Assembly (NCBI GenBank): GCA_964392085.1
Contig: CAYMOV010000004.1
Span: forward strand, 16,808 to 80,807
Reading direction: 5' to 3'
DNA length: 64,000 bases
Source of the DNA: an uncultured bacterium
Lineage (GTDB): Bacteria > Oederibacteriota > Muellerivitia > Muellerivitales > Muellerivitaceae
In this document: piece after piece, positions 25,721-35,576 of the stretch
Layout: every line of letters starts with the position of its first letter
Numbering within the stretch: the first letter of the stretch is position 1
Notes under the pieces: generated by a model
What the model was told of the DNA's origin: nothing
The model's database searches: none
What the model saw: the letters and a program-made list of their open reading frames with translations, nothing else
Position numbers and translations under genes: made by a program

Positions 25721-28198
25721 ATGTTTCATTTTGACGGTTTGAAGGCCTGGGGCCTTCGCCTGCGGTCCATCGTCCGCATGGCGGTACCCGCCCTGGCCGC
25801 ATTACTCGTGGCTCCCGCGGCTTTCGCGAGTGATGCCGATTTGATGCTTCCCGACCTGAAGTCGGTGAACTTCCTGGGGACCGTCCCCGGACACGACCTC
25901 CTGTTCTACGGCCTATTCGTCTGCTTGGCGGGCATCGGGTTCGGCCTCTGGATGTATATGAACCTCCAGAACCTCCCGGTCCACAAGTCCATGCGGGAAA
26001 TCTCGGAGTTGATCTACGAGACCTGCAAGACTTACGTGGTCACCCAGCTCAAGTTCATCATGTTCCTCTGGTTGTTCATCGGCACCATCATCTTCATCTA
26101 CTTCCAGTGGTTGAAGCCCGTCGGCTTCGGCAACGTTCTGGTGATCCTGCTCTTCAGCCTGGTCGGCATCGCGGGGTCCGTGTCGGTGGCCTGGTTCGGC
26201 ATCCGGATCAACACCTTCGCCAATTCCCGCTCGGCCTTCGCCGCGCTCAAGGGCAAGCCGTTCCCGACCTACGCCATCCCCCTGAAGTCCGGCATTTCCA
26301 TCGGCATGGTGCTGATTTCGGTGGAATTGCTCATCATGCTCCTGATCATGCTTTACGTCCCCGGTAATTTGGCCGGCATGTGCTTCATCGGTTTCGCCAT
26401 CGGCGAATCGCTCGGCGCGGCGGCACTCCGCATCGCGGGCGGCATCTTCACTAAGATCGCCGATATCGGATCGGACCTGATGAAGATCGTCTTCAAGATC
26501 AAGGAAGACGACGCCCGGAACCCCGGGGTCATCGCGGACTGCACCGGCGACAACGCGGGCGACTCCGTCGGCCCCACCGCCGACGGTTTCGAGACCTACG
26601 GCGTCACCGGCGTGGCCCTGATCACCTTCATCCTGCTCGCGGTGAACGACCCGGTGGTGCAGATCAAGTTGTTGGTCTGGATCTTCGCGATGCGCGTCAT
26701 GATGATCATCACCTCGGGCGTCTCCTACGTGATCAACGAGGCCATCGCCAAGGCGAAATACGCCGATTCTTCCAAGATGGACTTTGAGGCCCCCCTCACC
26801 AGCCTGGTGTGGATCACCTCGGGCATCTCGGTGATCGTCACCTACATCTTCTCGAACCTGCTGATCGCCGACGTCGGCGACGGGTCGATCTGGTGGAAGT
26901 TGGCCACGATCATCACCTGCGGAACCTTGGCGGGCGCCATTATCCCCGAACTGGTGAAGGCCTTCACCTCGGTGAAGTCCCGCCACGTCCTGGAAGTGGT
27001 CCAGGCCTCCCGTGAAGGCGGGCCGTCCCTCAACATCCTGGCCGGTCTCGTGGCCGGCAACTTTTCGGGCTACTGGATGGGCCTGTCGATCATGGGACTC
27101 ATGGGCCTGGGCGCCTATGTGGCGTCCATGGGCGTAGGAGCCCTGATGGTGGCCCCCTCGGTTTTCGCCTTCGGCCTCGTGGCCTTCGGCTTCCTGGGCA
27201 TGGGCCCGGTGACCATCGCCGTAGACTCCTACGGCCCGGTCACGGACAACGCCCAGTCGGTGTATGAGCTCTCGACGATCGAGACGCTCCCGAACATCAA
27301 GAAGGAGATCCAGGCCGATTTCGGGTTCACCCCCGACTTCACCAAGGCCAAGCAATACCTCGAGGAGAACGACGGGGCGGGAAACACCTTTAAGGCCACC
27401 GCCAAGCCGGTCCTGATCGGGACCGCCGTGGTCGGGGCCACCACCCTGATCTTCTCGATCATCGTCCTCCTGGCCAACCAGCTCAACCCGGCCTACGTGC
27501 CCGGCATGAGGATCACTGAGGACGCGCTCAAGAGCGCCTCCTACATGTTCTCGCTTTACAACCCGTTCTTCCTGCTGGGGTTGATCGCGGGCGGCGCGGT
27601 GATCTACTGGTTCACCGGGGCGGCCATCCAGGCCGTGTCCACCGGGGCCTACCGCGCGGTCGAGTTCATCAAGCAGAACATCAAGCTCAACAGCAAGGTG
27701 AAGAAGGCCTCCGTGGAGGACTCCAAGAAGGTCGTGGCGATCTGCACGAAGTACGCGCAAAAGGGGATGGTCAACATCTTCTTCGGCGTGTTCTTCAGCA
27801 CCCTGGCCTTCGCCTGCTTCAACTCGTACTTCTTCATCGGGTACCTGATCTCCATCGCGATCTTCGGGCTCTACCAGGCCATCTTCATGGCCAACGCCGG
27901 CGGGGCCTGGGACAACGCGAAGAAGATCGTGGAAACCGACCTCCGGGAGAAGGGCACTCCCCTGCACTCCGCCTGCGTGGTGGGTGACACGGTGGGCGAC
28001 CCGTTCAAGGACACTTCCTCGGTGGCCTTGAACCCGGTCATCAAGTTCACCACCCTCTTCGGCCTCCTGGCGGTGGAACTGGCCATCAGCCCCATCATGG
28101 CCGGGATCCGGGTCGGCGTGGCCCTGGTGTTCTTCGTCGCCTCCATGTACTTCGTCTACCGGTCGTTCTATGGGATGCGCATCGGCAGCAAAGACTAG
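25721..28198 (+). CDS. hppA: Membrane-bound H+-translocating pyrophosphatase, K+-independent type
   Basis: GGIFTKIADIGSDL, EDDARNPGVIADCTGDN, DSYGPVTDNA, GNTFKA (Lys determinant), GGAWDNAKK, GDPFKDTS. Confidence 0.95.
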   Translation: MFHFDGLKAWGLRLRSIVRMAVPALAALLVAPAAFASDADLMLPDLKSVNFLGTVPGHDLLFYGLFVCLAGIGFGLWMYMNLQNLPVHKSMREISELIYETCKTYVVTQLKFIMFLWLFIGTIIFIYFQWLKPVGFGNVLVILLFSLVGIAGSVSVAWFGIRINTFANSRSAFAALKGKPFPTYAIPLKSGISIGMVLISVELLIMLLIMLYVPGNLAGMCFIGFAIGESLGAAALRIAGGIFTKIADIGSDLMKIVFKIKEDDARNPGVIADCTGDNAGDSVGPTADGFETYGVTGVALITFILLAVNDPVVQIKLLVWIFAMRVMMIITSGVSYVINEAIAKAKYADSSKMDFEAPLTSLVWITSGISVIVTYIFSNLLIADVGDGSIWWKLATIITCGTLAGAIIPELVKAFTSVKSRHVLEVVQASREGGPSLNILAGLVAGNFSGYWMGLSIMGLMGLGAYVASMGVGALMVAPSVFAFGLVAFGFLGMGPVTIAVDSYGPVTDNAQSVYELSTIETLPNIKKEIQADFGFTPDFTKAKQYLEENDGAGNTFKATAKPVLIGTAVVGATTLIFSIIVLLANQLNPAYVPGMRITEDALKSASYMFSLYNPFFLLGLIAGGAVIYWFTGAAIQAVSTGAYRAVEFIKQNIKLNSKVKKASVEDSKKVVAICTKYAQKGMVNIFFGVFFSTLAFACFNSYFFIGYLISIAIFGLYQAIFMANAGGAWDNAKKIVETDLREKGTPLHSACVVGDTVGDPFKDTSSVALNPVIKFTTLFGLLAVELAISPIMAGIRVGVALVFFVASMYFVYRSFYGMRIGSKD

Positions 28199-28206
28199 CC
28201 TGACGG

Positions 28207-28242
28207 AAAAAAGCCCGTGGCCTTTCGGCCACGGGCTTTTTT
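28207..28242. terminator. Bidirectional intrinsic terminator
   Basis: AAAAAAGCCCGTGGCC-TTTC-GGCCACGGGCTTTTTT. Confidence 0.9.
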
Positions 28243-28277
28243 ATTTTGGGGATTATTTCATTTGGAAAACAGCGGGT

Positions 28278-28772
28278 TTAAAGTGCTTTCGCCAGCCGAT
28301 AGTCGTCCATCATGTAACCCCCGCCGATGTCGGTCACCACGGGTTCCAAGATCTTGAATCCCAGCCCTTGATAAGCCCGGAGGGCGACCTCGTTTTGTTT
28401 GTGCGTGGTGAGGGTCATGCGGGAACAGCCGGCGGCCCTGGCCTGGGACTCGATGAAGGCAAGCATTTCGCGGCTCAATCCCTTCCCACGGCAATCCGCC
28501 TTCAAATAGAGTTTACTGATGAAAAGGTCGTCCCCCCTGGGAATGACCGCGAGGTAACCCGCCTCACGGTCGTCTTCCAGTGTGAGGAAATATCGAAGGC
28601 CGTGGTTCTGGACCTGGTCCCCGATCGCCTCGGGGGATTGGATCTTCGCGAGCATGTACTCCACTTGGTCGGGGCTGATGATCGTTGGGTAATATTCCCG
28701 CCAGATTTCCCCCGCCAGGTCGGCCACCCGCAGGATGCCGCCCTCGTCATGGATTTCATGGAATTGAAGCAA
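28278..28772 (-). CDS. GNAT-family N-acetyltransferase
   Basis: FISKLYLKADCRGKGLS, NEVALRAYQGLGF. TTG start. Confidence 0.8.
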   Translation of the reverse strand: MLQFHEIHDEGGILRVADLAGEIWREYYPTIISPDQVEYMLAKIQSPEAIGDQVQNHGLRYFLTLEDDREAGYLAVIPRGDDLFISKLYLKADCRGKGLSREMLAFIESQARAAGCSRMTLTTHKQNEVALRAYQGLGFKILEPVVTDIGGGYMMDDYRLAKAL

Positions 28773-28801
28773 GGGAAAACCTCGAGGCGCCGTCGGCGGT
28801 T

Positions 28802-28917
28802 AGCCGTTTGCCGTTAGCTTAAACTCAAAAGGCAACGACAGACTGATTATCCTCGAGCTCAGATTACCCACCGGGACATTTGGTTTTGTCTGAGCAAGCG
28901 GCTAACGGCAAACGGCT
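28802..28917. repeat. REPIN-like element with perfect 17-bp inverted arms
   Basis: AGCCGTTTGCCGTTAGC (28802-28818) ... GCTAACGGCAAACGGCT (28901-28917). Confidence 0.75.
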
Positions 28918-28925
28918 TTGTTCGG

Positions 28926-30800
28926 TCACTCCACGAACTCCAGTTCGAAGTGATAGGACTCCTTCGTCAACGTACTGATGACCTTGGTGGGGCTTTTGTG
29001 GAAGACCGCCTGCATGGACTTGTTTTCCTTGAGGACCTCCGCGGTGAAGCCCTGGATGCCGTTCCGGCGGGCCAGTTGGATGAGCTGTTTGAGCAGGTAG
29101 GTGCCGATCCCCTTGTTCTGCCACTGGTCCCGAACCGTGAAAGCCACCTCCGCCCGGTTGGTCTTCGGATCCAGGTAATACCGGCCGACGGCGATGATGA
29201 CCTCCCCTTGGGCCTCCGTCAGGGTGCCCACCAAGGCCACCTCGGTCCGGTGGTCGACGTAAGTGAAGTTCTGGGCCTGCTTCTCCGGAAGGGTCTTCAT
29301 GCGCGACAGGAAACGGTAATACACCGTTTCCTGGCTGAGCGCGTAAAAAAGGTCCTTGATGCGGGCCTCGTCGGTCGGGTTGATGTGCCGAAAATTGACC
29401 TGGGTGCCGTCATGAAGGACGTAGGCCGACTTGAAGGCGGGAGGACGCACGTTGATCCGTCCGGCCAATCCCACCAGGTCGGCCCGCAGGTACTTGTATT
29501 CCACCGCGTCCTTGATCAGCTGGGCGCGGTAATCCGGGTGCGCGATGGAGATGAGGGCCATGGCCCGTTCCGCCACGCTCTTGCCGTGCAGGTAGGCCAC
29601 GCCGTGCTCGGTCACCACGTAATGGACGTCACCCCGCGTGGTCACCACCCCTGCGCCCGGGGACAGGCGGCTGACGATCCGGGAGACCTTGCCGCCGAGG
29701 GCCGTCGAGGGCAGGGCGATGATGGCCTTGCCGCCCCGGGACCTGGCCGCGCCCCGGTTGAAGTCGACCTGGCCACCGATGCCCGAGAAGAACTTGCTTC
29801 CCAAGGAGTCGGAACAGACCTGTCCCGTCAAATCGACCTCCAGGGCCACGTTGATGGCCACCATCTGGTTTTGCTGTCCGATGACGGTTGGGTCGTTCAC
29901 GTATTCCGTGGGCCTCAACGAGTACATCGGGTTGTTGTCGATGTGCCGATAGAGTTTTTCCGTGCCCAGGCAGAAGCTGGCCACGATCTTCCCCCGGTCC
30001 AACGTCTTTCGGGCGCCCGTGATGACCCCCGAGTCCACCAGGTCCACGACCTCGTCGGACAACATTTCCGTGTGGATCCCCAGGTCCTTCTTGTTCTTCA
30101 GGAACTGGAGGGTCGCGTGGGGGATCTGGCCGATCCCAATCTCGATGGTCGCCCCATCGACGACCAGGGACGCCACATTCTCGCCGATGGCCCGGGTCAC
30201 CTCGTCGGCTTTGGGAACTTGGGCCTCCAACAGGGGCTCCTCGACCGCGACCAGGGCGTCCAGGTCGCGGACATGGATGGTGTTTTCACCATGGGTCCGG
30301 GGCATCCGCGGGTTCACCTGGGCGATGACCCGGGAGGCGTTCTGGGAAGCCGAGAGCACGATATCCACCGAGATGCCCAAGCTCACGAAACCCCGTTCGT
30401 CGGGGGGCGTCACTTGGATCAGGGCGACATCCAGGGGCAACTGGCCCGAGCGGAAGAGCCGGGGGATATCCGAGAGGAAAATGGGGGTGTAGTCCCCCAA
30501 CCCCTCTTGGATCAAGTCCCGTACGTTTTCACCGATGAAGAAGGAATTGACCCTGAACTTGTGGGCCAACTCCTTATGGGCGTAAGGCGCGTCCCCCGTG
30601 GTGAGAAGGTGGACGATCTCGATATCCTCGAGGTCGTTGGAACGTCCCACGAGGGCCCGGACCAGTTCCTGGGGTTGGGCGCAACCCGTCCCGATGAAAA
30701 CCCTTTGGCCCGGCCGGATCCGGCTCACGGCTTCCTGGGGGGTCGTCAACTGATCCTTGTACTTTTCCTTCCAATTCGGGTCGAAGCTTGGTCCGTTCAT
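28926..30800 (-). CDS. Acetyl-CoA hydrolase/CoA-transferase fused to a C-terminal GNAT domain
   Basis: GIHTEML, INVALEVDLTGQV, SGIGGQVDF, VVTEHGVA, ISIAHPDYR; C-terminal AEVAFTVRDQWQNKGIGT. Confidence 0.88.
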   Translation of the reverse strand: MNGPSFDPNWKEKYKDQLTTPQEAVSRIRPGQRVFIGTGCAQPQELVRALVGRSNDLEDIEIVHLLTTGDAPYAHKELAHKFRVNSFFIGENVRDLIQEGLGDYTPIFLSDIPRLFRSGQLPLDVALIQVTPPDERGFVSLGISVDIVLSASQNASRVIAQVNPRMPRTHGENTIHVRDLDALVAVEEPLLEAQVPKADEVTRAIGENVASLVVDGATIEIGIGQIPHATLQFLKNKKDLGIHTEMLSDEVVDLVDSGVITGARKTLDRGKIVASFCLGTEKLYRHIDNNPMYSLRPTEYVNDPTVIGQQNQMVAINVALEVDLTGQVCSDSLGSKFFSGIGGQVDFNRGAARSRGGKAIIALPSTALGGKVSRIVSRLSPGAGVVTTRGDVHYVVTEHGVAYLHGKSVAERAMALISIAHPDYRAQLIKDAVEYKYLRADLVGLAGRINVRPPAFKSAYVLHDGTQVNFRHINPTDEARIKDLFYALSQETVYYRFLSRMKTLPEKQAQNFTYVDHRTEVALVGTLTEAQGEVIIAVGRYYLDPKTNRAEVAFTVRDQWQNKGIGTYLLKQLIQLARRNGIQGFTAEVLKENKSMQAVFHKSPTKVISTLTKESYHFELEFVE

Positions 30801-30802
30801 GG

Positions 30803-32899
30803 TCAAGCCCCCGCGGAAAGGGTCATGCGGCCGTCGGCGACGACCGGCTGGGTTTCCACCCCCCCGACGATGAGCGGGTTGATGTCCAACTCGACGATTT
30901 GGGGGAAGTCGGTGACCAGCTGGCTGATGCGCTGGAGGGCCTGGGCGATGGCGGGGATGTTGACCCCGGCTTGCCCCCGGGCGCCTTTGAGGAGCGCGTA
31001 AGACCTGGTTCGGGTCAGCATCTGCATCGCCTCATCGGCGGTGATCGGCGCCAAGTGGAAGGTGACGTCCTTCATGACCTCCACGAAGATCCCCCCCAAC
31101 CCGAACATCAGCATGGGGCCGAACTGCGGATCGCGGGTCATGCCCAGGATGACTTCCAGTCCCCGGTTGCCCATCCTCTCCAGGTAGACCCCGTCCAGTT
31201 TCGCCCCGGCGGCGCGCTGGGAGGTGCGAAGCATCATCAGGTCATAGGCGTCGAGCACGGCATCCTTGTTGGACAGGTTGAGCTTGACCCCCCCCACGTC
31301 GGACTTGTGGATGATGTCCGGCGAGGATATCTTCATGACGACGGGATACCCGATCCGTTCGGCGGCCTCGACGGCCTCCTGGGAGGTGGCGCACAGTTGG
31401 CCCTCGGGAACGTTGAATTCGTAGGCGCGCAGGATCTCCTTGGCGTCCACCTCCCCGATCTGCCGACGGCCCTCCTTGAGGTTGCGCTGGAGGACCCGCT
31501 CCACCCTGGTCCGGTTCACGGGAAAACGGGTGACGACCCGCACGGGCCGGTTGCGCCAAGCCGCGTAATCCACCATGGCCTTGAGGGCGCCGACGGCGCG
31601 GTCAGGCGATGGATAGTCGGGGAGGCCGTTTTCGACCAGTTTTTCCCTGCCCGGAAGGACGTCGGTCCCCCCCATGAAGACCGCGAGGACGGGCTTGACC
31701 CCCTTCACGTTCTTCGCGACGGTCATCGCGGTTTCCGCGGGTTGGGTCATGGCCTGGGGGGTGAGGATGACGATGACGGCGTCCACCGAGGGATCATCCT
31801 GGGCCGCCTGGACCGCGAGGGCGTAACGTTCGGGATCCGCGTCGCCGAGCACGTCGATGGGGTTCCCCACGCTGGCGGCGGCCGGCAGCTTGCTCTTGAG
31901 GGCCGCCGCGTTTTCCCGGTTGAGGTTGGCGACGACGAGGCCGCTTTGTTCGAGCGCGTCGGCGGCCATGGCTCCGGGACCGCCGGCGTTGGTGACGATG
32001 GCCACCCGGTTTCCCTTCGGAAGCGGCTGCATGGCGAAGGCCGTGCAGTAATCCGACAGTTCCTCGAAGGTCTGGGCCCGGATCACGCCCGCACGGCTGA
32101 AGGCCGCCCCATAAGCGATGTCGGCTCCCGCCAAGCTTCCCGTGTGGGAACTGGTGGCCTTCTGCCCGGCGGAGGTGACCCCAGCCTTCAGGACCACCAC
32201 GGGCTTGACCGAGGCGGCCTTCTCGGCGGCCTGGATGAACAGTTCCCCGGACGCGATGGATTCCAGGTAGGTCATGACGACCTTCGTCTCGGGATCGTCG
32301 GCAAGGACCTCGAAGAAGTCGTTCTCGGACAGGTCCGCCTTGTTGCCGATGGAGAAGAGTTTGGACATCCCCAATTTGCGTTCGGCCGCCCAGTCAAGGA
32401 TGGCGCACATCAGGGCGCCGGACTGGGAGATGAGGGAGATGTTCCCGCGTTTGGGGATCTGCTTGGCGAATGAGGCGTTCAGGTTGAAATGGGCGTTGAT
32501 GAAACCCAGGCAATTGGGACCCAACATCCGGGCCCCCCGGGAGCGGACCCGGTCGGCGACCTCCTTCTCAAGTTTCGCCCCCTCGGGGCCCACTTCCTTG
32601 AAGCCGGCCGTGATGACGACCAAGGCTTTGGCCCCGGCGTCGAGAAGCGTATCGACCGCCCCCATGACGGAGCTCGTCGGGACCACCACGATCCCCAGGT
32701 CCACCGGGTCCTTCAAATGTTTCAGGTCCGGATAACAAGGCTGGCCCAATAATACCTTGGTGGTGGGATTCACGAATGTCAGGGTACCCTTGAAGCCACC
32801 GTTGAGCAGGCCTTCGGCGATGGCGTAACCGACTTTTCCGGGGGTCTTGGAGGCGCCGATCACGGCGACTGATTTTGGGGTCAAGAGGGATTCGAGCAT
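30803..32899 (-). CDS. ADP-forming acetate/acyl-CoA synthetase (fused alpha-beta)
   Basis: CoA-binding VAVIGAS, LGPNCLG, SQSGAL, His in SSHTGSLAG, ATP-grasp (HKSDVGGV, ELDINPL). No GNAT tail. ATG 32899 with AAGGA. Confidence 0.88.
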   Translation of the reverse strand: MLESLLTPKSVAVIGASKTPGKVGYAIAEGLLNGGFKGTLTFVNPTTKVLLGQPCYPDLKHLKDPVDLGIVVVPTSSVMGAVDTLLDAGAKALVVITAGFKEVGPEGAKLEKEVADRVRSRGARMLGPNCLGFINAHFNLNASFAKQIPKRGNISLISQSGALMCAILDWAAERKLGMSKLFSIGNKADLSENDFFEVLADDPETKVVMTYLESIASGELFIQAAEKAASVKPVVVLKAGVTSAGQKATSSHTGSLAGADIAYGAAFSRAGVIRAQTFEELSDYCTAFAMQPLPKGNRVAIVTNAGGPGAMAADALEQSGLVVANLNRENAAALKSKLPAAASVGNPIDVLGDADPERYALAVQAAQDDPSVDAVIVILTPQAMTQPAETAMTVAKNVKGVKPVLAVFMGGTDVLPGREKLVENGLPDYPSPDRAVGALKAMVDYAAWRNRPVRVVTRFPVNRTRVERVLQRNLKEGRRQIGEVDAKEILRAYEFNVPEGQLCATSQEAVEAAERIGYPVVMKISSPDIIHKSDVGGVKLNLSNKDAVLDAYDLMMLRTSQRAAGAKLDGVYLERMGNRGLEVILGMTRDPQFGPMLMFGLGGIFVEVMKDVTFHLAPITADEAMQMLTRTRSYALLKGARGQAGVNIPAIAQALQRISQLVTDFPQIVELDINPLIVGGVETQPVVADGRMTLSAGA

Positions 32900-32944
32900 G
32901 GGGTTCCTTATGGATTGAAACTTGAGGTGGTTAAAGCCACGGTG

Positions 32945-32986
32945 ATTGTATAAATCAGTTTTGCAAACAAACATGTCCGTTGACAT
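32945..32986 (-). promoter_or_regulatory. Class II-geometry promoter with a variant palindrome
   Basis: ATGTC-N4-GACAT 32973-32986; -10 TACAAT (32950-32945) at 29.5 bp. Confidence 0.55.
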
Positions 32987-33249
32987 AAATTAACGAAAAA
33001 GCCGCATTAAATAATAATTTGTTTCGACAATTATTCTATGCGTTCACCCCCCCTAAATGGAAAAAATACTCGACAATTTATTTCACAAACCAAAGATTTT
33101 TGGCCAGGTTTCAGCTAATTACGTTATGAATAAACTCTCTTCAAATCACAACCAACGCGCGTAAGGCCATTCGTCGAGGGAGAGGCCGGCCCTGGATCGA
33201 CTCCGGGCCCGTGGCCCCCCCTCCCGACCCTCAACTTACGGAGTCCTTC

Positions 33250-35229
33250 ATGAACGATGCGAGCCAATCCATCACATCACTTCAGGGTCAATCGGGGAAA
33301 TATCCACCCCCTGACGTCCTTTCCCAAGGGGCTTGGATTAACGGTTTCGACAGCTACCGGAAAATGTACGACCGCTCGATCCATGATTCCCATAATTTCT
33401 GGATGGAGATGGCCGGGACGCTTCAGTGGTCCAAAAAACCCTCCGTTTCCCTCAAATGGACCTGGGATACGGACCACAAAATCGTCCAACACACATGGTT
33501 CGAGGACGGGGAACTAAACCTTTCGGTCAATTGCCTGGACCGCCACTTGGCCGAGCGGGCCGACAAGGTCGCCATCCTTTGGCAGGGCGAGAAGGACGAG
33601 GAGGTCCGAAGGGTCACCTATCGGGAACTGCACCGGGAGACCTGTAAATTCGCGAATGTCCTCTCTTCCCTCGGGGTGAAAAAAGGGGATCGCGCCTGCC
33701 TTTACCTACCGATGATCCCCGAATCGGCGGCCGTCATGCTGGCCTGCGCGAGGATTGGGGCCATCCACTCCATCGTCTTCGGCGGCTTTTCGGCCGAAGC
33801 GCTCGCGGCCAGGATCCAGGACTCCGGGGCCTCTATCCTGGTGACCAGCGACGTGAGTTACCGCGCCGGCAAGGCCATCGGACTTAAGGCCCTCACGGAC
33901 CAGGCCATGCCTCAGTGCCCCACCCTCAAGAACGTGGTGGTCATCAAGCGCGGCGACGGCGACGCGCCCATGACCGAGGGCCGGGACGCCTGGTACCACG
34001 ACCTGATGGCGAAGGCCTCGGACAAACACGAGGCACCCGCCCACAAGGCCGAGGATCCCCTGTTCATCCTCTATACCTCCGGGTCCACGGGCAAACCCAA
34101 AGGCGTCCTCCACACCACCGCCGGGTACCTCCTTCACGCCTCCCTCTCGCACAAATACGTATTCGACTACCACGACGGGGACCTTTATTGGTGCACCGCG
34201 GACATCGGATGGGTTACCGGCCATTCCTACGTCGTGTACGGCCCTTTGGCCAACGGGGGCACGACCTTGATGTTCGAGGGTGTTCCCACCTGGCCTGATG
34301 CCGGGCGGTTCTGGCAGGTCGTCTCCAAACATAAGGTCAACATCTTTTACACGGCCCCGACCGCCATCCGGTCCCTCATGCGGGAAGGAGAACAATGGCC
34401 CGCCCAATATGACCTGTCCAGCCTGAAGGTCCTGGGAAGCGTGGGCGAGCCCATCAACCCTGAGGCCTGGATGTGGTACTACGACCATATCGGCCATCAG
34501 CGCTGCCCCATTGTGGATACCTGGTGGCAAACCGAAACCGGGGGCATCCTCATCACCCCGCTCCCCGGCGCCCATACCTTGAAACCGGGCTCCGCTTCCC
34601 GTCCCTTCTTCGGGGTGGACCCGATCATCCTCAGGGACGATGGAACGACCTGCGGGGTCAACGAGGGCGGCAAGCTCTGCATCAAACGCCCTTGGCCCGG
34701 CATGATGAGGACCACCTATGGCGATCACGACCGATTCATCGAAACCTATTTTTCGCTGTACAGGAATCTCTACGTTACCGGGGACGGCTGCAGGATCGAC
34801 GAGGACGGCGATTATTGGCTGATGGGCCGCATCGACGACGTGGTGAACGTCTCGGGACACCGCATCGGCACCGCCGAGGTGGAAAGCGCCTTGGTGTCGC
34901 ATCCCTCCGTCAGTGAGGCGGCCGTGGTGGCCATGCCCCATGAAATCAAGGGACAGGGGCTCTACGCATATGTCACCCTCAAGGAGGGGCAGCCGGTTTC
35001 CGATGATATGAAAAAGGCCCTGGTGGACCATGTGCGCAAGGAGATCGGGCCCATCGCCTCGCCGGACGTGATCCAATTCGCGGACGGCCTGCCGAAGACC
35101 CGGTCCGGCAAGATCATGCGGCGCATCCTCCGCAAGATCGCCGAGAACGAGACCTCGAACCTGGGCGACACCTCCACCCTGGCCGACCCCTCAGTGGTCG
35201 AAAAGCTGGTGGCCGGCCACAATGCCTAA
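33250..35229 (+). CDS. acs: AMP-forming acetyl-CoA synthetase
   Basis: [46 protein letters not shown] 33250 with GGAG. Confidence 0.96.
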   Translation: MNDASQSITSLQGQSGKYPPPDVLSQGAWINGFDSYRKMYDRSIHDSHNFWMEMAGTLQWSKKPSVSLKWTWDTDHKIVQHTWFEDGELNLSVNCLDRHLAERADKVAILWQGEKDEEVRRVTYRELHRETCKFANVLSSLGVKKGDRACLYLPMIPESAAVMLACARIGAIHSIVFGGFSAEALAARIQDSGASILVTSDVSYRAGKAIGLKALTDQAMPQCPTLKNVVVIKRGDGDAPMTEGRDAWYHDLMAKASDKHEAPAHKAEDPLFILYTSGSTGKPKGVLHTTAGYLLHASLSHKYVFDYHDGDLYWCTADIGWVTGHSYVVYGPLANGGTTLMFEGVPTWPDAGRFWQVVSKHKVNIFYTAPTAIRSLMREGEQWPAQYDLSSLKVLGSVGEPINPEAWMWYYDHIGHQRCPIVDTWWQTETGGILITPLPGAHTLKPGSASRPFFGVDPIILRDDGTTCGVNEGGKLCIKRPWPGMMRTTYGDHDRFIETYFSLYRNLYVTGDGCRIDEDGDYWLMGRIDDVVNVSGHRIGTAEVESALVSHPSVSEAAVVAMPHEIKGQGLYAYVTLKEGQPVSDDMKKALVDHVRKEIGPIASPDVIQFADGLPKTRSGKIMRRILRKIAENETSNLGDTSTLADPSVVEKLVAGHNA

Positions 35230-35426
35230 CACGGTGCTGAAAAAGTGCTGTTTGCACACTTCCGTGAGGCGATATAACCGCCGGACGACCCAAACGAAAA
35301 CGGGGTTTCACAGGGCGTGTCAGCAGCCACGGGTTTTGAGCGAATCGTTGTAAATCGCCTGTTTTTGGGGGGATTCGCGAGTAAGACACAAAAAAGTCCC
35401 TTCAGTTCGACTTTTTCATCATCCTG
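35230..35426 (+). mobile_element. MITE copy 5 (197 bp, with an internal insertion of about 55 bp), at the acs stop codon
   Basis: TIRs CACGGTGCTGAAAAAG / CTTTTTCATCATCCTG; CTAA duplications at 35226-35229 (includes acs TAA) and 35427-35430. Confidence 0.8.
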
Positions 35427-35462
35427 CTAATCCGCCGGTAAGCTGCAAACCTCCAAAAAGCG

Positions 35463-35496
35463 AAAAGCCGCGCCGTTTCCCCGGCCCGGCTTTTTT
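35463..35496 (+). terminator. Terminator after acs
   Basis: AAAAGCCG...CGGCTTTTTT. Confidence 0.6.
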
Positions 35497-35529
35497 ATTC
35501 GGGAAGTTTCCCTCTCAAATGCTTCCGAT

Positions 35530-35562
35530 AAAAAAACGCCGCCGGGGTTCCCCGGCGGCGTT
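35530..35562 (-). terminator. Terminator after the cytochrome b gene
   Basis: AAAAAAACGCCGCCGGGG-loop-CCCGGCGGCGTT. Confidence 0.8.
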
Positions 35563-35576
35563 AACTTCGTAAGGTT

